Shown here: in pieces, positions 57,579 to 64,000 of the stretch
How positions within the stretch are numbered: the stretch's first letter is position 1
Layout of the letters: each line of letters opens with the position of its first letter
NCBI GenBank assembly: GCA_001701105.1
Contig: DAAI01000009.1
Coordinates: 41,100-105,099 of the forward strand
Source of the DNA: Bacteroidales bacterium GP1
GTDB lineage: Bacteria > Bacteroidota > Bacteroidia > Bacteroidales > Muribaculaceae
Direction of reading: 5' to 3'
Length of the DNA: 64,000 nt
Notes under the pieces: generated by a model
The model's input: only the letters and a program-made list of their open reading frames with translations
What the model was told of the DNA's origin: nothing
Database searches by the model: none
Translations under genes and position numbers: made by a program

Positions 57579-60254
57579 ATGAAAATTACTTTCAACATCA
57601 ATTACCACACTTCATGGGGAGAGTCGCTCTACGTATGCGGCAATCTTCCCGAGCTTGGAGATGGCGACGCCCGAAGGGCTGTTGAGATGAAGCTCATAAG
57701 CCCCGACAGATGGCAATTGGAGCTAAACATTGGCCATGACCCTGCGGATTTCAATTATTGGTTCATCGTAAAGGCTCCCGACCGAGAATGGCGATTTGAA
57801 TGGGGTAAGCCGCATAGATATGTGGCCGGCTCAGGAATACGTTCATGTGTGATTTTCGACTCATGGCATGATCTACCCGGCGACAAACCTTTCTACTCAT
57901 CGGCTTTTACTGACGGCATTTTCCGTCGCTCCCACCGCGATGAGCCTCTGAAGTCGCTTCCCGGGACTGTAAAATTGAGTATTGAGGCGCCTATGATTCG
58001 ACCCAATCAGCGTCTTGCAATATGCGGACAAGGGAAATATCTGGGCGAATGGGATCCTTCAAAAGCCATTCCTTTGAATGATGCGAATTTCCCGACTTGG
58101 GAAATAAACCTTCCATTCGACAGGCTGGATATTCCTTTTGAGTATAAATTCGTAATTATCGACAAAGATAATAAAGTGGTTGGCTGGGAAGCCATGAACA
58201 ATCGGATATTTGGCATTCGTCCGGAGGGATTCGATGAGCAGATCGTGATCGACGGCATCCGTTTCGCTAATCCGATGCCGGGATGGAAAGGAGCTGGAAC
58301 CGCCATTCCGGTCTTCTCGATCCGGACTGAGGAAGACTTCGGCGTAGGAGATTTTATTGATATTAAGAAGATGGTGGAATGGTGCCATATCACAGGGCAG
58401 AATGTTCTCCAGATTCTTCCGATCAACGACACCACCTCCATCGGCACATGGGTTGATTCCTATCCTTATCGCGCCAACTCGATCTTCGCGCTCCATCCCA
58501 TGTATCTCCGACCTGAGAAAATTGGCCGTCTTAACGACCCTTCCAGAATGGAATACTACGAGCACAAACGCCGTGAGCTGAACGAACTGGAAGCCGTGGA
58601 TTATGAACGTGTAAACGCCGCAAAGCACGAGTATTTCCGCGAGATTTTTGCTCAGGATTTCGATCGCCTCGCTAAAACCGATGATTATCAAAGTTTCATC
58701 GCTACAAATGAATATTGGCTGAAGCCATATTCTGCATGGTGTGTGCTACGAGATATGTATCATACACCCGACAACAAGGCATGGGAACAATATTCCCGAT
58801 ACGATAGTGACAAGGTTAATTTCCTTCTTGGAGAAAAACGCCGTGAAGCCGATTACTATTGCTTCCTGCAATACCATCTTGACCGTCAACTTCGTGAAGC
58901 GAGAGAGTATGCCCATTCTCTTGGTGTAGTTTTGAAAGGGGATATTCCTATCGGCATCAGCCGTTGGAGTGTGGACGCATGGACATCTCCCGAACTCTTC
59001 AATATGGATACTTCCGCCGGAGCCCCACCGGATGATTTCTCCGTGCTTGGCCAGAACTGGGGTTTCCCGACCTATAATTGGGATAAGATGGCCTGCGATG
59101 GCTTCCAATGGTGGAAAGACCGTTTCCGCAAGATGTCGGAATATTTCGATGCCTACCGTATTGACCATATTCTCGGATTTTTCCGCATATGGCAGATTCC
59201 TCTGAATGCACTCCATGGTCTGCTTGGATATTTCAATCCGGCTCTCCCCTTCACGGCTGAAGAACTCCGCAGCAATTATGATTTCTGGATCGATCCTGAT
59301 TTGCAGACAAAGCCATTGATTCTTGAATGGATGCTTGAAGATTTCTTCGGCCCGTACAAGGATGAGGTGCGCGAGCTGTATCTCGACCGCGTAGGGGGCG
59401 ATCGCTATTGCCTGAAGTCCTTCCTCGACACCCAGGAGAAAGTGGAGCAATATTTCACGGCTATGGGAAATGGAGAGAAAGAGGAACGCCTGAAAAATGC
59501 TTTCCTCGGAATCATCGATGATGTCCTTTTCATTGATGATCCATATCAGAAAGGCCACTATCACCCCCGTATCACGGCGCAATTCACTTACCAGTACCGA
59601 ATCCTATCGGATTACGCAAAGTGGAATTTCAACCGCCTCTACAACGACTTCTTCTACCATCGCCACAACGATTTCTGGTATGGAAAGGCTATGTGGAAAC
59701 TTCCCCCGCTCCTTGATGCCACAAGCATGCTTGCTTGCGGTGAAGATCTCGGCATGATTCCCGACTGTGTTCCGGCCGTGATGGATAAGTTGAAGATCCT
59801 TAGCCTCGAGATTCAACGTATGCCTAAGGATCCCAAGACTGAGTTTGGCGATACTTGGAATTATCCCTATTATTCCGTATGTACGACCTCGACACACGAT
59901 ATGGACGGCATTCGTGCATGGTGGGAAAGTGATCATAGTGTAGCGCAGAAATTCTACAACAATGTGCTACATGAAGGAGGAGAAGCTCCATTTTTCGCCG
60001 AGCCATGGATCTGCGAGAAAATCATAGATCTTCACCTTGCAAGTCCCTCAATGCTTTGCATCCTTCCATTGCAGGATTGGCTTAGCGCAGACGGCGGTCT
60101 TCGCCGTCAGAATCCGCATGATGAGCTGATCAATATTCCGGCAAATCCGCGGCATTATTGGAGATACCGTATGCATATCACGGTGGAGAATCTTCTCTCA
60201 CAGGAGGCCTTCAATAAAGCTCTCCTTCGCCATATCAATAATGCCAATAGATAA
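57579..60254 (+). CDS. malQ: GH77 4-alpha-glucanotransferase with two N-terminal CBM20 domains
   Basis: GTAIPVFSIR, LPINDT, DSYPY, LKGDIPIG, GAPPD, QNWGFPTYNW, YRIDHILGFFRIW, GEDLG, STHD. Confidence 0.94.
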   Translation: MKITFNINYHTSWGESLYVCGNLPELGDGDARRAVEMKLISPDRWQLELNIGHDPADFNYWFIVKAPDREWRFEWGKPHRYVAGSGIRSCVIFDSWHDLPGDKPFYSSAFTDGIFRRSHRDEPLKSLPGTVKLSIEAPMIRPNQRLAICGQGKYLGEWDPSKAIPLNDANFPTWEINLPFDRLDIPFEYKFVIIDKDNKVVGWEAMNNRIFGIRPEGFDEQIVIDGIRFANPMPGWKGAGTAIPVFSIRTEEDFGVGDFIDIKKMVEWCHITGQNVLQILPINDTTSIGTWVDSYPYRANSIFALHPMYLRPEKIGRLNDPSRMEYYEHKRRELNELEAVDYERVNAAKHEYFREIFAQDFDRLAKTDDYQSFIATNEYWLKPYSAWCVLRDMYHTPDNKAWEQYSRYDSDKVNFLLGEKRREADYYCFLQYHLDRQLREAREYAHSLGVVLKGDIPIGISRWSVDAWTSPELFNMDTSAGAPPDDFSVLGQNWGFPTYNWDKMACDGFQWWKDRFRKMSEYFDAYRIDHILGFFRIWQIPLNALHGLLGYFNPALPFTAEELRSNYDFWIDPDLQTKPLILEWMLEDFFGPYKDEVRELYLDRVGGDRYCLKSFLDTQEKVEQYFTAMGNGEKEERLKNAFLGIIDDVLFIDDPYQKGHYHPRITAQFTYQYRILSDYAKWNFNRLYNDFFYHRHNDFWYGKAMWKLPPLLDATSMLACGEDLGMIPDCVPAVMDKLKILSLEIQRMPKDPKTEFGDTWNYPYYSVCTTSTHDMDGIRAWWESDHSVAQKFYNNVLHEGGEAPFFAEPWICEKIIDLHLASPSMLCILPLQDWLSADGGLRRQNPHDELINIPANPRHYWRYRMHITVENLLSQEAFNKALLRHINNANR

Positions 60255-60316
60255 GAAGCCATGCTCCGGCTCTAAAAGCCTCAGCAACGCTTTCTGAATC
60301 ATATGAATCCGATTCT

Positions 60317-60350
60317 AACATCACCCTGCGTATATATGCAGGGTGATGTT
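60317..60350. terminator. Hairpin between convergent malQ and mutL
   Basis: AACATCACCCTGC-gtatatat-GCAGGGTGATGTT perfect 13-bp stem. Confidence 0.7.
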
Positions 60351-60355
60351 GCATC

Positions 60356-60400
60356 TGCGGCGCACGTAAACGCACATTGACGCAGGCTCGTGCGTCCGCA
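60356..60400. repeat. GC-rich palindromic (REP-like) element
   Basis: TGCGGCGCACG...CGTGCGTCCGCA and internal GACGCA-GGCTCG-TGCGTC. Confidence 0.35.
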
Positions 60401-60589
60401 ATCCATTTGATATCATTAGATTATGGCGATTATGGCATTTTAGATTTGGGAGCAGTTATGCCCACCTCCGATTATCCTAAAGCCCAGGCGCGCGCGGTTT
60501 ATCGCGCGACAATCACCCCTATTCCTCCGATTTCTCATATCCGATAGAATGAGTCGGTAAGTCAAGCATTCTACATTCGATAATATCGT

Positions 60590-62437
60590 TTAGCCCAGGA
60601 GTTTGCTTAAATCGGCATCTGTAAAGACTGTGAAGATGCGGTTGCCGTTAGGGGTAAGGGATGGTTCGGGGAGACTGAAAAGCTGCCCGATAAGATTCTC
60701 CATCTCATTTTGCGATAGTTTCACGCCTCTCTTTATAGCTCCTGAACGAGCCATGATCAGGGCCACGCGCTCTCGCATTGAAAACGCTCCGGCCTTTTCA
60801 TTACCGTAGTTGCCGGAATCTTCCGAAACGGAATCAAGGACTCTCAAAATTGTATCCTTTATGGCATGAGGTTTCAGTAATGCCGGCACTGCCATTACTT
60901 TCCAATCTGTTTCGCTTTCATATTCGAGCCTGAATCCTAATCGCTCCAAATCTTCTTGCACTTCGGCCAGTGCAGACTGCTGCGAGGCATCAAGACTTAT
61001 CGTCTCCGGGAACATGATAGTCTGCCCGACAGTCTCCATCCTCGTGGAACGCTTTAGATACTCCTCATAAAGAATTTTCACATGCGCGCGATGCTGGTCG
61101 ATTATCAGCAATCCCTCGCCGGATGTAGTGATTATATATTTAAGCGCATATTGCAGACAAATCGTTGCGGGGTTTACGGGCGAATCTTCGGCGCCCGCAA
61201 ACGGCAATGATTCACCATCCGGTTGAGAAACGGGATTATTTTTTCCGGCAGTAATGAAATTTTCATAAAGCGATTGCCAGTTGGAATCAATATGCGTGGG
61301 TCGATAAGCGGGATTCACCCCTCCTGATGACTTAGAGAAAGGATTATAATCACTGCGGTAGTCCACGCGTGGGGGTGGAGGCGTTGAGCCATCTGCCACC
61401 GGGCGGATGGGCAATGCATCGGCTGAGAAATCAATACTCGGCACTGCGGAGAATTTCCCCAGACTCTTCTTAACCGCCGCCGCAAGGATGGGCCAGATCT
61501 CTTGTTCGTACTCGAATTTTATCTCATTCTTTGTAGGATGGATATTCACGTCAATAGATTTGGGATCCACGGTAAAGACAAGGAAATAGCATGGATGAGT
61601 CCCTTGAGCAATGAGTGGTTCATAACAACTCATTATTGCCTTGTGGAAATAGGGATGACGCATATTCCGGCCATTCACTATCATATATTGCAACGGATTC
61701 CTTTTGCGGGCAAATTCCGGACGCGAGATATACCCTTCTATCTTCACTATGGGAGTATCGACTTCCACAGGAAGCAGCTGGCTTCCATTGAGCACATTTT
61801 TCCATATCTCCTCAATACGCTGCCGCATTGTGCCGGGTCGCAGCTCTATTTTCCTGCTTCCTGCATCTATGCTCATGCGAAGCCGATGATTGACAAGGGC
61901 GAGACGTTCGAACTCCCGCATAATGTTCGTGAGTTCCACGCTGTCGCTTCTGAGGAATTTACGGCGTGCCGGAACGTTATAAAACAACCTCTTTACTGAA
62001 ATCACGGTTCCCACCTCACACGCATATGGCTCCTGAGACAATACCTTTGAACTTTCAATAACAATGTGCGTGCCTAAAGGATTTTCTGCCTTACGCGTCT
62101 TTATCTCAACTTCAGAGATTGCACAAATAGAGGGTAATGCTTCGCCACGGAATCCCATGGAATGAAGATTAAACAAATCATCGGCCGTTTTAATCTTTGA
62201 TGTGGCATGACGCTCAAAGGCCATACGCGCATCCGTATCGCTCATGCCGGAGCCATTGTCGGCTACCTGAATCAATGTCTTGCCGGCATCACGCACTACA
62301 ATGCTAATCTCAGTCGCACCCGCATCCACCGCATTCTCTACCAATTCTTTCACTACGGCCGCCGGTCGTTGGATCACCTCCCCTGCCGCTATCTGATTGG
62401 CTACAGAATCAGGCAACAATCGAATTATATCGCTCAT
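60590..62437 (-). CDS. mutL: DNA mismatch repair protein MutL
   Basis: ANQIAAGEVIQRP, KELVENAVDAG, RHATSKI, GFRGEAL, DVNIHPTK. Confidence 0.97.
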   Translation of the reverse strand: MSDIIRLLPDSVANQIAAGEVIQRPAAVVKELVENAVDAGATEISIVVRDAGKTLIQVADNGSGMSDTDARMAFERHATSKIKTADDLFNLHSMGFRGEALPSICAISEVEIKTRKAENPLGTHIVIESSKVLSQEPYACEVGTVISVKRLFYNVPARRKFLRSDSVELTNIMREFERLALVNHRLRMSIDAGSRKIELRPGTMRQRIEEIWKNVLNGSQLLPVEVDTPIVKIEGYISRPEFARKRNPLQYMIVNGRNMRHPYFHKAIMSCYEPLIAQGTHPCYFLVFTVDPKSIDVNIHPTKNEIKFEYEQEIWPILAAAVKKSLGKFSAVPSIDFSADALPIRPVADGSTPPPPRVDYRSDYNPFSKSSGGVNPAYRPTHIDSNWQSLYENFITAGKNNPVSQPDGESLPFAGAEDSPVNPATICLQYALKYIITTSGEGLLIIDQHRAHVKILYEEYLKRSTRMETVGQTIMFPETISLDASQQSALAEVQEDLERLGFRLEYESETDWKVMAVPALLKPHAIKDTILRVLDSVSEDSGNYGNEKAGAFSMRERVALIMARSGAIKRGVKLSQNEMENLIGQLFSLPEPSLTPNGNRIFTVFTDADLSKLLG

Positions 62438-63999
62438 TTATTCATCATATCCTTATATTCCGCCGGACTGATCGGAGTGCGTTTAACTACATCCGGTTCC
62501 TTAAACCATTCATCAAGAGCCTCCGGCACTTCTCCCAATTCATCTACCCATCGCAGGCTACTGCCATACCATTGGCGTTGAGGGCGCAACATTCCGAGCC
62601 ATCTGAATCCGTCGAGATATTTCTGCGTCCGCTTGACTTCTCCTGCCGGTGTGACAGTACCTGTAACTTCGGGCCACATTTTAAGATGGCTCACTTTGCC
62701 GTCCTTGAAGTCTATATTGAGATATGAGCTTTCAGCATTAACGAGTTTGCTGAATGTCGAATCGTCCTCTTCGGGCATGAACACGACCTGCACATTACCA
62801 TTTACTTCAGCGCGCCGTATCTTCTGATTCTCGAGCCATGCCTTTATCACTGATCCCGTGACTTGGTTATAGAAATCCTCATCAAGATGCTCAGCCAACA
62901 TACCTCCGTCGGGCAATATAGCCCAATCCGGTGTGGAATCATTGAAATGCACATCTATCCTGTTACCTACCACTTGCCGCTCCTCGCTCCATACCACAGG
63001 CTTGCGTATCAGATGCAACAACGAATCATATTGCTCCATTATCATTGTGTCGGCTACTCCCTGCAAATCCTGGTTGAAGAAACGAGCCCGCCCTATTGCC
63101 TTTGCAACATGAAATTCCTTTGGCACCATGTACGCTGAGTCTCGACCCAGTTTATCTATCCTAAGTTTCGGAACGCTCGGCATCACAGCAGACGGTGTTT
63201 TTTCCATACCTTCTTCCCGGTCATCATTCCTCGGCTTATCCGTTGGTAATTCACCATGCATGATGGTATCTCCCTCTATTATAGTAAGCGTGTCTCCCTT
63301 ATTGATTGATTCAGGTATTTTTATCGTATCTTTCAGTTCTGCCACAACGGAATCCTTGACTACAGGAAGTCCATAACCGGGTTTTGGGATTCTCGGATCC
63401 ATCAGTTGCAATTCAACGTGCATATCAGCGGCAATGTCAAGTATACTCTTGAATTTAGCCAATCGCATTCTTGTAGCTTTGCTCCATCCATGCGCTAATG
63501 AATCGGGCCATACCATTTCTGTCCGGATAAAAGATAATATAGTGTCGGCACGTAGAAACAACGTATCGGGCCGTGAATATTCAATCAAGAGAGGATATTC
63601 CGTAGAGAATGCCAATTTTGTGCTGTCGTTATACTCGCCATATCCTCCGATAAGCTGCACTTTCCTTGCGGTGTCAGTAATAATCATCGGCTGGCGCACT
63701 TTCATTGGGTCGCGGAACATAAACGCTTTCGACAAACGTGAAGCCTTGTCATAGATAATGGAATCTCCTTCCAGCCAAGTCACTTTGTTGGTGCTGTCAC
63801 GATGCGTTATCAAAGAGCGCGATGTAAGCTCGGCATGATCTGTCTGGGTGTCATACCATCCCCGGGTTGTCTCTATCGTATCCGTCGCGCCTTCTATGCG
63901 GGTCTTTGTATTGATTGTGGCGATGTGCGTATCGGTGTTATAATCAAGTTCCTCGGTTATCATCCGATAGCCGTCTTTATTATTCACGAGAACCACCTC
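62434..63999 (-). CDS. OstA-like (LptA/LptD beta-jellyroll) protein, partial (5' end outside window)
   Basis: Repeated beta-jellyroll segments (GDSIIYD, DTLFLRADT, QGVADT, FYNQVTG, VNGNVQ); frame stays open to the window edge; stop overlaps the mutL start. Confidence 0.8.
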   Translation of the reverse strand, partial: EVVLVNNKDGYRMITEELDYNTDTHIATINTKTRIEGATDTIETTRGWYDTQTDHAELTSRSLITHRDSTNKVTWLEGDSIIYDKASRLSKAFMFRDPMKVRQPMIITDTARKVQLIGGYGEYNDSTKLAFSTEYPLLIEYSRPDTLFLRADTILSFIRTEMVWPDSLAHGWSKATRMRLAKFKSILDIAADMHVELQLMDPRIPKPGYGLPVVKDSVVAELKDTIKIPESINKGDTLTIIEGDTIMHGELPTDKPRNDDREEGMEKTPSAVMPSVPKLRIDKLGRDSAYMVPKEFHVAKAIGRARFFNQDLQGVADTMIMEQYDSLLHLIRKPVVWSEERQVVGNRIDVHFNDSTPDWAILPDGGMLAEHLDEDFYNQVTGSVIKAWLENQKIRRAEVNGNVQVVFMPEEDDSTFSKLVNAESSYLNIDFKDGKVSHLKMWPEVTGTVTPAGEVKRTQKYLDGFRWLGMLRPQRQWYGSSLRWVDELGEVPEALDEWFKEPDVVKRTPISPAEYKDMMNK

Positions 64000-64000
64000 G

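Noticed and set aside
1..64000. CRISPR arrays, IS elements, prophage genes, invertible promoters
   Set aside because: No regularly spaced repeats, transposase or recombinase ORFs, phage genes or promoter-flanking inverted repeats were recognised by eye

Overview
Chromosomal window from a gut Bacteroidales bacterium. The gene set, the TTTG/TAnnTTTG promoters and a T9SS-type C-terminus suggest Muribaculaceae or a close relative (inference). Positions 1-25.5 kb are a xylan/arabinoxylan utilisation locus: susD (partial), susC, three GH43, a hybrid two-component regulator (HTCS), xylA-xylB, a GPH-family xyloside symporter, GH10, GH95 and a multidomain CE1-like esterase. A long RelA/SpoT homologue with a degenerate-looking synthetase domain sits inside the locus. 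The rest holds a DUF1015-dprA operon, a nucleoside phosphorylase, tRNA-Ser(CGA), GH51, an uncharacterised DUF6057 / CxxCH beta-propeller lipoprotein / hydrolase operon, aspT-aspD, an RND efflux operon, tricorn protease, a rubredoxin missed by the ORF track, EamA, AraC, class II RNR (nrdJ), GH77, mutL and a partial OstA-like gene. The strongest de novo signals are: (i) a triple direct repeat with ~21-bp period at a fixed distance from the -7 promoter element of five xylan/xylose transcription units (candidate HTCS operator); (ii) the probably hydrolase-only long RSH; (iii) the DUF6057 + CxxCH lipoprotein module; (iv) a structured ~110-nt leader before tRNA-Ser. No integrase, transposase, prophage or CRISPR array was seen. 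All family assignments come from motif recognition by eye, not from database searches.
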